A stretch of DNA of 64,000 bases from Candidatus Sulfotelmatobacter sp. (GCA_035279505.1 DATEHP010000075.1:1071-65070), one strand, 5' to 3'. Counted from the stretch's first letter, positions 52,614 through 62,830 are shown. Notes: generated by a model not told the origin, from the sequence alone. Program-made: numbers and translations.

Positions 52614-55022
52614 ATGGATTATCTGACAACTATTTTTGTCCCCACTGGGAACCGTCGGCTCAACGAGTTGATCGGGTTCCTGATGTGCGTCTCCGCGCTC
52701 CTCCTTCTTCTCGCGCTCGTTTCTTACTCGCCGTTGGACCCGTCCTGGAATAGCGCCTCGGTTCTGACCGGATCGCATGCCGCCCGTAACTGGATCGGTA
52801 TCGTCGGTGCCTATACCGCGGACGCGATGCTGCAGTTGCTCGGCCTGGGAGCATTTCTGCTGATCATCTTTCCGGCAATGCTCGGCGTGCGCTGGTTCCG
52901 CTCGATGAAAGTACAGTCACCACTGGCCAAGAGCCTGGGCGGAACCTGGCTGCTCATGTTCGTTCCAGCAATGCTCGCGCTGCTGCCCGGGCAGTTGCGT
53001 TGGATGCACGTGATTCCGGTCGAAGGGCTCCTGGGCCGCGTGATCGGTGATTTTCTCATTCACTATCTGAATCTGGTTGGCGCGTACATCGTCTGCGCCA
53101 CCGTTTTGGCTGTGGCCTTGTACCTGACCACCGCGTTCTCCTTCGCTGCCCTGCAGCTTTGGGCGCCCACGCGCTTCGCCTTCGTCATCGCGCTTTGGAA
53201 TCGCTACAAAGATTGGCGGCAGGAACGCTCCCGCAAGCGTCAGGCCAAGGAGTTGGAACAGCGCCGGATTTCGAAGCCCATCGTGAAGACGCAACTGATC
53301 CAGTCGCGTCCCACCTCGTCCGCGCCCCAAATCGCGCCCGAACCGCGCCGCACCGGAATCGAGCGCATGCTGGCCGAAGAAGAGCCAGTGAAGTCGATGA
53401 CGAAGGCTCAGACCGGCGGAATCTTGCCGGAGTCCTTGCCGTCGAACTCTGCTGGGGAAGAGTTTGCGGATCCCGAAGTCACGGAGCGCGGCGACAGCGG
53501 TCAAAAAGCCAAGACGACGATGCCTCGCATCGCGGCCGGTGGCTACAAACTGCCATCGAGCAGCCTGTTGCAGCGTCCCGACGAGCAGCAGGCCGTCGAT
53601 CCCCAAGAACTCAAGCTGCTGGCGCAGGTGCTGACCGAGAAGTACGCCGAATTCGACGTTCACGGACAAGTCACGCAGATCAACCCGGGTCCGGTCGTGA
53701 CCACCTTCGAGTTCAAGCCCGAAGCCGGCATCAAGTACAGTCGGATCACGAATCTGGTCGACGATCTGTGCCTTGCACTCAAGGCGGAGAGCATTCTCGT
53801 CGAGCGCATGGCTGGAAAAAGTACGGTCGGCATTCAGGTGCCAAACCGCCAGCGCGAGATCATCTTCCTGCGCGAGAACATCGAGTCGCAGGAATTCATG
53901 GGCTCGAAGTCGAGACTCACGATGGCGATGGGCAAGGACATCAACGGCCGCATCGTCACCGCCGACCTTGCAGGCATGCCGCACCTGCTGATCGCCGGAT
54001 CGACTGGCGCTGGGAAAAGCGTCGCGATCAACGCGATGATCATGTCGATCCTGTACAAGGCGACTCCCGATCAGGTTCGGCTGATCCTGGTCGATCCGAA
54101 GCGCTTGGAACTAGGCAATTACGAAGGTGTCCCGCACCTTTACACGCCGATCATCACTGAACCGAAGCTTGCGGCGAACGCGCTGCGCAATGCAGTGCGC
54201 GAGATGGAGCGGCGGTTGAAGCTGCTGGCCGCCAAAGGCGTACGCAATATCGACCAGTACAACAAGCTCTTCGATCAGGGTACGCCGAGTCTGTTTGATG
54301 AAGAGTCGGACGAGAAGCCGATTCCCTACATCGTGATCATCATCGACGAACTCGCCGACCTGATGATGCTCGATTCCTCGAACGTGGAGGAATCTATTAC
54401 GCGCTTGGCCCAGATGGCGCGCGCAGTCGGCATTCACCTCGTGCTGGCGACACAGCGGCCTTCAGTCGATGTCATCACCGGGTTGATCAAGGCAAACTTC
54501 CCTGCCCGCGTTTCATTTCGCGTTGCGACCAAGGTTGACTCGCGTACCATTCTTGACGCGAACGGCGCGGAGGCGCTGCTCGGCAAAGGCGACATGCTGT
54601 ATCTACCCTCTGGATCAGCCCGCGTTCACCGGCTGCATGCTCCGTTCGTCACAGAGAAAGAGATTGCCGCCGTCGTCGAATTCTGGAAAGCACAGGCACA
54701 GGCGGAATACATCCACAACTTCCTGGAGCCGCCGAAAGAGGAACGTGACGCCGCGGCTGCCGCGAATGGCGGCGAACCCGGCGCAGAGGGCGAAGCAGAA
54801 AGCGATCCGATGTATGGCGAAGCCGTGAAGCTGGTGGTGGAGTTCGGCAAAGCCTCCACTTCCCTGCTGCAGCGGCGGCTCCGTATCGGCTATGGACGCG
54901 CCGCCCACCTCATCGATCTGATGGAGCAGGACGGCATCGTCGGAGCCGCTGATGGCCCCAAGCCGCGGGAAGTCCTGAAGCGGCCGGACTGGATTTCCGA
55001 GATTGAGGAGTCGATGCGGTAG
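52614..55022 (+). CDS. ftsK: DNA translocase FtsK
   Basis: An N-terminal 4-5 TM domain, a Pro/Gln-rich linker, a motor with HLLIAGSTGAGKSV (Walker A) and IIDELADLMM (Walker B), and a C-terminal gamma winged helix (LLQRRLRIGYGRAAHLIDLME). Confidence 0.92.
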   Translation: MDYLTTIFVPTGNRRLNELIGFLMCVSALLLLLALVSYSPLDPSWNSASVLTGSHAARNWIGIVGAYTADAMLQLLGLGAFLLIIFPAMLGVRWFRSMKVQSPLAKSLGGTWLLMFVPAMLALLPGQLRWMHVIPVEGLLGRVIGDFLIHYLNLVGAYIVCATVLAVALYLTTAFSFAALQLWAPTRFAFVIALWNRYKDWRQERSRKRQAKELEQRRISKPIVKTQLIQSRPTSSAPQIAPEPRRTGIERMLAEEEPVKSMTKAQTGGILPESLPSNSAGEEFADPEVTERGDSGQKAKTTMPRIAAGGYKLPSSSLLQRPDEQQAVDPQELKLLAQVLTEKYAEFDVHGQVTQINPGPVVTTFEFKPEAGIKYSRITNLVDDLCLALKAESILVERMAGKSTVGIQVPNRQREIIFLRENIESQEFMGSKSRLTMAMGKDINGRIVTADLAGMPHLLIAGSTGAGKSVAINAMIMSILYKATPDQVRLILVDPKRLELGNYEGVPHLYTPIITEPKLAANALRNAVREMERRLKLLAAKGVRNIDQYNKLFDQGTPSLFDEESDEKPIPYIVIIIDELADLMMLDSSNVEESITRLAQMARAVGIHLVLATQRPSVDVITGLIKANFPARVSFRVATKVDSRTILDANGAEALLGKGDMLYLPSGSARVHRLHAPFVTEKEIAAVVEFWKAQAQAEYIHNFLEPPKEERDAAAAANGGEPGAEGEAESDPMYGEAVKLVVEFGKASTSLLQRRLRIGYGRAAHLIDLMEQDGIVGAADGPKPREVLKRPDWISEIEESMR

Positions 55023-55044
55023 AGATTTTCAGGAATAAGAAAAA

Positions 55045-55067
55045 GGGCGGCTCTTCGCCGCCCTTTT
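55045..55067. terminator. Rho-independent (bidirectional) terminator between ftsK and the convergent OMP gene
   Basis: AAAAA-GGGCGGC-TCTTC-GCCGCCC-TTTT read directly: a 7-bp GC stem with an A tract upstream and a T tract downstream. Confidence 0.7.
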
Positions 55068-55084
55068 ACTTTGCAGGCTTTTTC

Positions 55085-55603
55085 TTAGAACTTGAACACG
55101 ACGCCGATCGGCATGCGGAAGTTCTTGCTGCTGGTGCTGCCATTGCTGTGAAGCATCATCCAGTCACCGGAGGCGCGGAACGCCATGTACCGGTTGAAGT
55201 TGAAGTCGACTCCACCGCCAGCCAAGAACGCCATACCGTTGCTGGAACCACTAGCCCCAGCGAACGAGGCCGTGGCGCGATCTCCACCGATCAAGGCATG
55301 AACGAAAGGAGTGTAGGCCTTGTGAGCGCGGAGCGCCAACTGGGGCCCGAAGGTGTAGGTGTAATTGTTGAGGCTAATACCACTCTGGGTCGTGTAGCTG
55401 GAGCCTAAATCAGCGGTGATCCCGAAGTAGTTGTTGAGATTTGCAGTTGCTCCGAGGTTGAAGCCATTCGCGTTGACTCCACCTTCCAGGCGCGTGTACT
55501 GATATCCACCGAAGAATTCCGCCTTCGCATGGTCTGACTCAGCTGCCACCGCAGAGAGCGTAAAGAGTCCTACGAGAAGTCCCACTAAAGCTATTTTGCG
55601 CAC
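55085..55603 (-). CDS. small outer membrane beta-barrel protein (OmpA-like barrel / OMP_b-brl family)
   Basis: Signal MRKIALVGLLVGLFTLSAVA, alternating amphipathic strands, and a C-terminal ..GVVFKF. Confidence 0.75.
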   Translation of the reverse strand: MRKIALVGLLVGLFTLSAVAAESDHAKAEFFGGYQYTRLEGGVNANGFNLGATANLNNYFGITADLGSSYTTQSGISLNNYTYTFGPQLALRAHKAYTPFVHALIGGDRATASFAGASGSSNGMAFLAGGGVDFNFNRYMAFRASGDWMMLHSNGSTSSKNFRMPIGVVFKF

Positions 55604-55879
55604 GTTGTCCCTCCCAAGAGATTGGACGGTAAATTTGCTTTCGTACCCATTGAAACGTGCTTGGGATTAACTCGCAAGTTACTGGAAGTATTGTCCTCTA
55701 GTAACCGCGAAGGCAGCGCCCGACAACCCGATTCATGAGCTGAGTGGCATTCCTCTGAAGCGCAAACCCATAGGCATACAAGCGGTTAGGACCCTTCGAG
55801 GTATGAGGTGGAACGGCGTTCGACTCAGGAAAAGATGTTTCGGTCGCTCGCAAAGATAGGAGCTTAAAGGACAACAAAT

Positions 55880-56629
55880 TCAGAGCCCGACCCAATTCCA
55901 GAAGCGTTCCTTCATCCGGCGGACCGACTCCGGGAGCCAGCTTTTGTAGCGCAAGAGGACGGTTGCGTTGACGCTCTTCGCTGTCTTGGCCGAGAACTTG
56001 TTACTGAAAATCAGGTAATACACTCCAGCGCCCGCTGGAAGGTCCGCCTGCATGGTACCTTGCGAGACCCTGCCGCTCTCGTACACGGAACTGGTCGCAT
56101 AACCGTTCTGCCAGACCGCAAACGCCGGCTCACTGAGCACGTAGACCTCTACGTCGCTGTCTTCTGTTTCGCCCGGGTTGGGTTTGGCGCTTGCAGCTTT
56201 CTTCTCTGCAGGGGACACAGCAAACTGCCCCAGGATGGAGACATTGGTCGAGCCTTCAGGTAGATCGAACTTGTAGTACCGGAAATTGTGGGTAGTTACC
56301 GAAAACGGAGTTTCGAGAATCGTCTGATCGTGTTTCCATCCAACGAGTTCCTGGACTCCCTGCGCAAAAGGATTGTCGCTGGTGGCCGCCCAGAGGAACG
56401 CTCCCAGGAACAGTCCCAGAAGAACCCAGAGCACGACGCGCCGTTTCTTGACGCGGGGAGGAGCCAGTTCCACAACGGTCTCCTCGATCTTTACTGTTTC
56501 TTTCAGAGGCATACTAACTGGTTTGCCGCACTTCAGACAGAACTGCGCCTCATCGGGCAAAGTCGCTCCGCACTTGCTGCAGCCCAGAATGACCTTTGTT
56601 GCAGGCGACACAGTGCTGTTTGTCGGCAT
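55880..56629 (-). CDS. zinc-ribbon domain membrane protein
   Basis: Inner ATG (MPTNSTV). CSKCGATLPDEAQFCLKCGKPV is a double-CxxC zinc ribbon. It is followed by the TM VVLWVLLGLFLGAFLWAA and an extracytoplasmic domain. Confidence 0.6.
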   Translation of the reverse strand: MPTNSTVSPATKVILGCSKCGATLPDEAQFCLKCGKPVSMPLKETVKIEETVVELAPPRVKKRRVVLWVLLGLFLGAFLWAATSDNPFAQGVQELVGWKHDQTILETPFSVTTHNFRYYKFDLPEGSTNVSILGQFAVSPAEKKAASAKPNPGETEDSDVEVYVLSEPAFAVWQNGYATSSVYESGRVSQGTMQADLPAGAGVYYLIFSNKFSAKTAKSVNATVLLRYKSWLPESVRRMKERFWNWVGL

Positions 56630-56883
56630 ACTGACCGGCTCCACTTCAGAAACTGCGGTAAATACCAGGAGACTTCGGGGGACGTTCAAACGACCGGGAC
56701 CGCTCACTGGATGATTGCCAAATATTAGCACACAGCTTTGGCGGCGGATAGCATTCTTCTGGTTGGTAAACCTCCAACTAAACCCCTTCTCATCGACTTG
56801 AAATCATAGCGAATCAATACCGTCTCTAGTAGAATCGCGCGGTCCCGGATAGCTTTGGACGTTCCCATAAATTTTCAGCTCTG

Positions 56884-59800
56884 ATGGAAGTTCTGCTCTA
56901 TATCGGATTCGCGCTCTTCGTGTTGTTCGGTCCGTGGATTCTGCTTTGGCGGGTGAACTCCCGCCGCCAGAATGACCGGCTAGAAGATCAGCTACGCTGG
57001 GCAGATATTACAGGCCGCATTCACGCGCTCGAGCGGGAATTGAAGGAAGTGCGCGCCACGGCAACGGCGCAGGCGCCTACCCAGGCTCCCAGGCAAGAAG
57101 TCTCTACGCCGGTCGCGGCGGCAGCAACTCCGGTGCAAGTGGAACCCGCTGTTCCTCCGGCGACGGCGACTGCTTCACAAGCAGCGACTGAAGCCTGGGT
57201 CACGCGCAAGACCGCTGACGCTCCGCTGAGTGTTTCCCAACCGGCTGCACCTCAAACGCCAATACCATCAAGACCAGTCACCAGACCTCCTGTGACACCA
57301 CCTCCGGCTTCACCACCTGCGCCGATGTTGGCGGCACAGGAGACCGGAGCGACGATCTTCGATCGGTTTCGGTCCTCGCTTGACATCGAGGAGATGCTGG
57401 GCACCGACTGGCTGAACAAGGTCGGAATCGTGCTGGTGGTTCTGGGCGTCGCTTTCTTCCTGGCGTACCAGCTGAAAACAATGGGACCCGCGGGCAAAGT
57501 GCTCGTGGGATTCGTCACCTCGGCCGTGCTACTGGGCGCAGGCATCTGGTTTGAACGGGGAGACCGCTATCGCATTTTGGCGCGGGCTGGAATCGGGGGC
57601 GGATGGGCGCTGCTGTTCTTCACCACGTATGCGATGTATCACGTGCCTGCGGCTCATGTCCTCGAATCGCAATCGCTGGACATGGTGCTGATGCTCGCTG
57701 TCGCCGGCGCCATGGTCGCGCACACCTTGCGCTATCGCTCGCAGGTGGTGACAGGGCTCTCGTTCCTCCTGGCATTTGTCACGATCGCAATTAACCACTC
57801 GAACGTTTACAGCCTCGCGGCCGGTGCCGTGCTGGCCGCGGGCGTCGTGGTGATTGTCGGGCGCATGCAGTGGTTTGAGTTGGAAGTATTCGGGATTGTG
57901 GCGAGCTATCTGAATCACTTCTTGTGGTTGCGACCGATCATCGAACCCATGCAGGGCAGGCACCACCCGTTTCCGGAATTCACAGCCAGCGCCGGGATAC
58001 TGGTGCTCTACTGGCTGATCTTCCGGGTGTCGTATGTGATTCGGCAGCCCGACGAATATCAGGAACGGATCTCCACGGCCGCGGCGCTTTTAAATACATC
58101 GCTGCTACTGGCGTTGTTGAAGTATCAGTCGGTGCATCCGGAGTGGGCATTTTGGGCGCTGCTGGCCGTTGGCGCGCTGGAAACGGCCTTTGGGCAGGCG
58201 CCGTCGACACGGCGTCGCCGCAATGCGGTCATTGTGCTGAGCACTCTGGGAGTAGTTCTTCTCATTGCCGCTTTTCCCTTCCGTTATTCCGGGACGCGAC
58301 TGTCGGTGCTTTGGCTCGCGGAAGCTGAGGCTCTGCTGCTGATCGGCGTGTGGACGAAGGAGGTCGTCTACCGGCGGTTGGGAATGATTGCCTCGGTGCT
58401 GGTCGCCGGCCAAATGATTGCCTATGACGCGGCCGAGATCTTCGGCAAACGCATGGACGACGCGGACCTGCGTCCGGACTATGCGCTATCCGTTCTATTC
58501 GTCGTTGCCGCAGCAATCTTTTATTTGAACGCGCACTGGGTGGTGCGCCGATGGGCAGAGTTGTTCACCAACTTGTTCGACCGGACAGTCATGCAGCGGT
58601 TGTCGTATGCGGGCACGGTCATGATGGTGATCGCTGCATGGATCGCATTCCCGCAGGCCTGGACGGCGGTCGCGTGGTGTGCGCTCGGACTCGCCGTGAT
58701 CGTCGCTGCCCGGCGACTCGAGTCTTCCGAGTTGGAATATCAGGCTGCGTTTCTTGCCAGCATCGCGGTCGTGCGCGTGCTCGGCATCAATCTGGGCGCC
58801 ACGGAGAAGTTCCAGGGGCTGACGCTGCGCCTGATCACGATCACTCTGGTTGTCGCGCTGCTCTATGTGACGTCCCGCTGGAGAACACAAACAGACGGGA
58901 GTTGGTCATTCGAGTGGATCGCCGGCGAAGGCTATATGTGGGCAGGGTCGTTCCTTTTGGCTCTGGTCGCCTGGTACGAACTGAGGCCGGTGGGAGTCGC
59001 GGAGGCATGGGCCATTGTTGGGCTCGTACTCGTCGAGGTAGGGCTCGCGCACCAAAGCCTGAGCTTGCGGCTGCAGGGCTACGTTGCGTTGTTTGCCGCT
59101 TTCCTGCGAATTTTCTTTGTGAACTTGAACGCCAGCGGCCTGCCCGGCGAAGTCAGCCCGCGCTTCTATACCGTTGTGCCTGTCATGCTCGCGTTCTTTT
59201 ACGCGTACTGGAGACTGCATGAGGCGGAGCTCAGTCCCATGGAAACAAGATTCCGGGCCGGAGAGATCTGCTGTTGGATGGGAACGATCACGATCGGATC
59301 GCTTATGCGGTTCGAACTGGAGGCGGATTGGGTAGCTGCTGGATGGGCAGCCTTGGCCTTCGCGCTGATCGTGATCGCGTGGCGCAGCGGGAAGAAGTTG
59401 TTTCTATACCAGGCGCTGCTGGTCATCGCAGGGGTGCTGTTCCGCACGATTCTGCACAATTTCTACGAACGGAGCTACTTCCCTTCGCCCCTGTGGGCGA
59501 ACCAGTGGATCACCGTGGAAAGCCGGTGGGTGATTGTGGCGATCACGGTTGCGCTGCTGCTGGCATCGTTGCCGTTTGCTTTTCAGATCCGCAGAAAGGG
59601 CGAGCCCAGCGAGGAGAGCGGGATCGTGCTCCTGCTCCAGAATCTGGCGAGACGTCCGGAGCAGCCTTTCTTTTTCATTGCTGTGGGATTGCTGACTGTT
59701 TTGCTTGGGATCGAGATGCGTCACGGTATGGTCACCTTGTCGTGGGGCCTGGAAGGCTTGGCCGTGTTTGTCCTGGCGCTATGGGTGCACGAGCGGAGTT

Positions 59801-59976
59801 TCCGGCTCACGGGGCTCGGGCTGTTGTTGCTGTGCGTGGGGAAGATCGTAGTGGACGACGTGTGGAGGCTGCATCCGCGCGATCGCTATCTGACATTCAT
59901 CGTGCTTGGCTCCGCGCTGCTGTTTGTGTCGTTTCTATATACGCGGAATCGCGAAGCGATGCGGCGGTATCTATGA
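56884..59976 (+). CDS. DUF2339-like large polytopic membrane protein
   Basis: A 1030-aa product with an N-terminal TM, a coiled/Pro-rich linker and more than 20 hydrophobic segments, which is the architecture of DUF2339 proteins. Confidence 0.65.
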   Translation: MEVLLYIGFALFVLFGPWILLWRVNSRRQNDRLEDQLRWADITGRIHALERELKEVRATATAQAPTQAPRQEVSTPVAAAATPVQVEPAVPPATATASQAATEAWVTRKTADAPLSVSQPAAPQTPIPSRPVTRPPVTPPPASPPAPMLAAQETGATIFDRFRSSLDIEEMLGTDWLNKVGIVLVVLGVAFFLAYQLKTMGPAGKVLVGFVTSAVLLGAGIWFERGDRYRILARAGIGGGWALLFFTTYAMYHVPAAHVLESQSLDMVLMLAVAGAMVAHTLRYRSQVVTGLSFLLAFVTIAINHSNVYSLAAGAVLAAGVVVIVGRMQWFELEVFGIVASYLNHFLWLRPIIEPMQGRHHPFPEFTASAGILVLYWLIFRVSYVIRQPDEYQERISTAAALLNTSLLLALLKYQSVHPEWAFWALLAVGALETAFGQAPSTRRRRNAVIVLSTLGVVLLIAAFPFRYSGTRLSVLWLAEAEALLLIGVWTKEVVYRRLGMIASVLVAGQMIAYDAAEIFGKRMDDADLRPDYALSVLFVVAAAIFYLNAHWVVRRWAELFTNLFDRTVMQRLSYAGTVMMVIAAWIAFPQAWTAVAWCALGLAVIVAARRLESSELEYQAAFLASIAVVRVLGINLGATEKFQGLTLRLITITLVVALLYVTSRWRTQTDGSWSFEWIAGEGYMWAGSFLLALVAWYELRPVGVAEAWAIVGLVLVEVGLAHQSLSLRLQGYVALFAAFLRIFFVNLNASGLPGEVSPRFYTVVPVMLAFFYAYWRLHEAELSPMETRFRAGEICCWMGTITIGSLMRFELEADWVAAGWAALAFALIVIAWRSGKKLFLYQALLVIAGVLFRTILHNFYERSYFPSPLWANQWITVESRWVIVAITVALLLASLPFAFQIRRKGEPSEESGIVLLLQNLARRPEQPFFFIAVGLLTVLLGIEMRHGMVTLSWGLEGLAVFVLALWVHERSFRLTGLGLLLLCVGKIVVDDVWRLHPRDRYLTFIVLGSALLFVSFLYTRNREAMRRYL

Positions 59977-61673
59977 CGCGCTGGATCTCACTTGCGGGAG
60001 TCGTCGTCCTGGGCGTGGCCGCCATCGTATGGAGCGAGCGGCGCAAGGTGGACGTGCAGGCAAGTCCTGCCACGATGCTTTATCTTGTCGCGGATACCGA
60101 ACAGGAATTGACGCGCATGCCGGTGCATTTCACGCGCATGCCGGATGCAGAAGAGATTCGCATCGGCGATGAGATCGCCAAGATGTACGGCGGTAATGTC
60201 GAGGAGGACCAAAAAGAGAAAAAGAGCGAAATCGAGAAGTACTTGGGCGAAGTGGGCGGGAAGCTGACAGTTCACGCTCACCGCATCTTGCCCTACCGCT
60301 TTCACTATGTTCCCAATGAATCCATGATTAACGCGTTTGCTTTGCCGGGCGGGCACGTCTATGTGGGCGCAGGGCTGCTGGAGATGATGGACAGCGAGGA
60401 CGAACTGGCTGCAGTGCTTGGACACGAGATCGAGCATATCGATCACTATCACTGCGCTGATCGGGCGCAGCAGGAACAGGCTTTGCGACGGATTCCTTTG
60501 GGAGGGCTGGTCGCCATTCCGGTGTTTGTTTTCGAAGCCGGTTACACCAAGGATCAGGAACTGGAGGCGGATCGCGAAGGAACACGTCTGGCGGTTGAGG
60601 CCGGATACTCCGCCAATGGCGCGATCCGCATGTTCGAAGTATTTGACCGGATGTATCAGCGGTATCGACTGCGACAGGCGCGGGCCGCATCGCCGCAAGA
60701 CGAAGTGTCGGATGTGGCCATGCAGACGCTGGAGGGATATTTCCGGTCGCATCCGCTGCCGGCGGAGCGCATTGCGCAGATTCAGAAGATGATTGCCGCC
60801 GAGAACTGGGCGGCGCGGTCAGAGCGCGATCTCGCGGTCGCGTATATCTTCTGGACAGCGCGGGCGAACGCAGCCGTCATTTCAAAGAAGTACTCCGAGG
60901 CGGAGCAACTGGCTGCACGATCGATCAAGATGCATGCGGACCAGCCGGAGGCATGGGAGCTGCAGACGCGGGCACAGTTCGCGCAGGCAGAGTTTGCCGA
61001 GGCGGCGGACTCGAATCGCAAGCTGCTGGAGCTGGAACCAAGAAATCTGCGGGCGGTGGAATTCTACGCTATGGCTTTGGAGGCCGCGGATCGCGGAAGC
61101 GCGCCGGGCAAATTCCGCAACTGGCTGTCATCGGTGCAGGGTGAGAAACCGCGAAATGCCGACGTCGAACTGGCTGGTTTGAATCTGCTCGCGGGAGACG
61201 CAGCCGCGGCGCGCAAGTACGAAACTGACTTGCAGAGCAATGCTGATGGATGGGCGCCTGATTATCTTGGCGAGTTGGGCTGGTGGTACTACCTTGCGGG
61301 CGATTACGCGCGCGCGTCTCAGTTGCTGGGTGACGCCGTGCAACAGCGTCCGGGTGACGTGAAGTTATGGGTGCGGCGCGCCTGGGCGCAGATCGAGATT
61401 CGACGCTACAGTGATGCCATTCAGAGCGTGAACAACGGCTTCGATCAGGGTCTGCCAAACGAGAAAGCGATGGCACAAGGCGTCGCATATTGGCAGGCTC
61501 GCGAGACAGACAGCGCTTTGCGCGATTACGACCGCGGGGTTGCGGGACAGCCTGAATGGGAAAACCCTAAATGGGTGAAGGCGCTTTACTCCCCGCTAGT
61601 GGCGCGGAGTGTCGAGGAGATGAAGGCGGAGCGGGAGCGGCAGAAGAAGCAGCGGTTGGCGGAGAGGCGGTAG
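59973..61673 (+). CDS. M48-family zinc metalloprotease with C-terminal TPR repeats (BepA-like architecture)
   Basis: The ATG at 59973 overlaps the DUF2339 stop (ATGA). The N-terminus is MTRWISLAGVVVLGVAAIVW. HEIEH (HExxH) lies in an M48 context (NAFALPGGHVYVG...LGHEIEHI). The C-terminal half is TPR-like. The listed 5' part 59274..59972 is rejected. Confidence 0.8.
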   Translation: MTRWISLAGVVVLGVAAIVWSERRKVDVQASPATMLYLVADTEQELTRMPVHFTRMPDAEEIRIGDEIAKMYGGNVEEDQKEKKSEIEKYLGEVGGKLTVHAHRILPYRFHYVPNESMINAFALPGGHVYVGAGLLEMMDSEDELAAVLGHEIEHIDHYHCADRAQQEQALRRIPLGGLVAIPVFVFEAGYTKDQELEADREGTRLAVEAGYSANGAIRMFEVFDRMYQRYRLRQARAASPQDEVSDVAMQTLEGYFRSHPLPAERIAQIQKMIAAENWAARSERDLAVAYIFWTARANAAVISKKYSEAEQLAARSIKMHADQPEAWELQTRAQFAQAEFAEAADSNRKLLELEPRNLRAVEFYAMALEAADRGSAPGKFRNWLSSVQGEKPRNADVELAGLNLLAGDAAAARKYETDLQSNADGWAPDYLGELGWWYYLAGDYARASQLLGDAVQQRPGDVKLWVRRAWAQIEIRRYSDAIQSVNNGFDQGLPNEKAMAQGVAYWQARETDSALRDYDRGVAGQPEWENPKWVKALYSPLVARSVEEMKAERERQKKQRLAERR

Positions 61674-61746
61674 GGCAGGTCATTGCGTGAAGTTAAGAGA
61701 CGACTGGCGAAAAGGTGAGTTTCATTTTGGGAAACCGATGGATTTT

Positions 61747-61845
61747 GGGGTACCCCTCCCCCTCCCGGTCTATTGGAATCATGCGGTTGGCGGAAAATCT
61801 CGAAGTAATCTATGGGGCTCAAGAGGTTAGAGGCAAAATCTTGAG
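61747..61845 (-). repeat. about 100-nt repeat, copy 2 (inverted relative to 49512-49611)
   Basis: The reverse complement reads CTCAAGATTTTGCC...GATTACTTCGAGATTTTCCGCCAACCGCATGATTCCAATAGACCGGGAGGGGGAGGGGTACCCC. Confidence 0.65.
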
Positions 61846-62002
61846 CGGCAGAGACTTAGGTCCTACCTGCTGATTCCTGCATATACCGCTTTCGCTCTGG
61901 CGATGATCTGCGGTGTTGGCGTTGTGCGCAAGGGCAGGTGTCACAGCGGAATGTGATTTCTGTCACCGACTGCTCGAATCCGTTGCTGTTAGCGGTCGGG
62001 TT

Positions 62003-62039
62003 CCCACCCTTCGCAAAGTGCGCGAAGAGTGGGGCACCC
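62003..62039. repeat. REP family C hairpin
   Basis: CCCACCCTTCGCAAAGTGCGCGAAGAGTGGGGCACCC (stem CTTCGC/GCGAAG). Confidence 0.7.
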
Positions 62040-62090
62040 ACAGTCTCGGTTGGGTCGACTGGTTCAGAGGCCGGGCCACCCGCCCAGACC

Positions 62091-62119
62091 CCACTCAAGC
62101 CAAAACCGGGCTTGAGTGG
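62091..62119. repeat. 11-bp perfect hairpin within the REP cluster
   Basis: CCACTCAAGCC-AAAACCG-GGCTTGAGTGG read directly. Confidence 0.7.
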
Positions 62120-62213
62120 GCCACCCTCCAAGGGAAGGCGGGCGTTTACGGCTTTGCGGCGTTGGACGGGTGGCCCGCCCCTTCTGAGTTGGCTGTTCCC
62201 GTTTCGAAACTGT

Positions 62214-62250
62214 GGGTGCCCCGTCCTTGCGTTTTTTGCAAGGGGGGGTA
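62214..62250. repeat. REP family C hairpin, left flank of RAYT
   Basis: GGGTGCCCCGTCCTTGCGTTTTTTGCAAGGGGGGGTA (stem CTTGC/GCAAG). Confidence 0.75.
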
Positions 62251-62276
62251 CGATGCTGCCGATACCATGGGCTGTT

Positions 62277-62830
62277 ATGCCCAGCGGCCTGCATCGCACT
62301 TACGGCGCACATCATCTGCACTTTATCACTTGTTCGTGCTACCACCGATTGCCGTTTTTGAAATCTGCAAGGGCGTGCGATCGATTCCTATCCATTCTCG
62401 AGCAAGCGCGCCAGCGCTATCGGCTTGTGGTGGTTGGCTATGTGGTCATGCCGGAGCACATTCATCTTTTGGTCAGCGAACCGGAGGCGGGCAGTCCATC
62501 TACCGTGATGCAGGTGTTGAAACAGCGCACGGCACGGGCGCTGCTGCCGCGGAAGAAGCGTCGAAACCCTTGGCAGCGTGAACTGTTCGGCGACGAGGAG
62601 CCACGGGCATTCTGGCAAGCGCGCTTCTATGATTTCAACGTGTGGACCACGAAGAAGCGGACTGAGAAACTGCGCTATGTGCATCGCAACCCGGTGAAGC
62701 GAGGATTGGTGGAGGCGCGCCGGAACAATGGCGTTGGAGCAGTTACCGGTTCTATCTGCTGGGCGAACCGGGACCCGTGCGTGTGAACGAAGGCTGGGGA
62801 GAAATCTCGTTGCGGGATCGGGTAGCGTGA
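62277..62830 (+). pseudogene. REP-associated tyrosine transposase (RAYT, IS200/IS605 Y1 family), apparent 1-nt frameshift near 62718-62720
   Basis: MPSGLHRTYGAHHLHFITCSCYHRLPFL, the HUH motif MPEHIHLLV and the catalytic Tyr context LRYVHRNPVKRGLVEA are in one frame. The expected continuation PEQWRWSSYRFYLLGEPGPVRVNEGWGEISLRDRVA* is in the next frame, from 62720 to 62830. The total of 554 nt is not a multiple of 3. Confidence 0.75.

Noticed and set aside
59274-59972. 5' part of the listed 799-aa ORF 59274..61673
   Set aside because: It overlaps the DUF2339 gene in another frame and is Arg/Gly-rich. The M48 protease has a proper TM/signal start at the ATG at 59973, coupled to the upstream stop.
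61856-62581. ORFs 61856..62299 (-), 61913..62581 (+) and the 5' part of 61938..62786 (+)
   Set aside because: These are translations of REP hairpins (..PTLRKVREEWGTH.., ..PCVFCKGG.., ..GAPLFAHFAKGG..). Only the RAYT portion from 62277 is gene-like.
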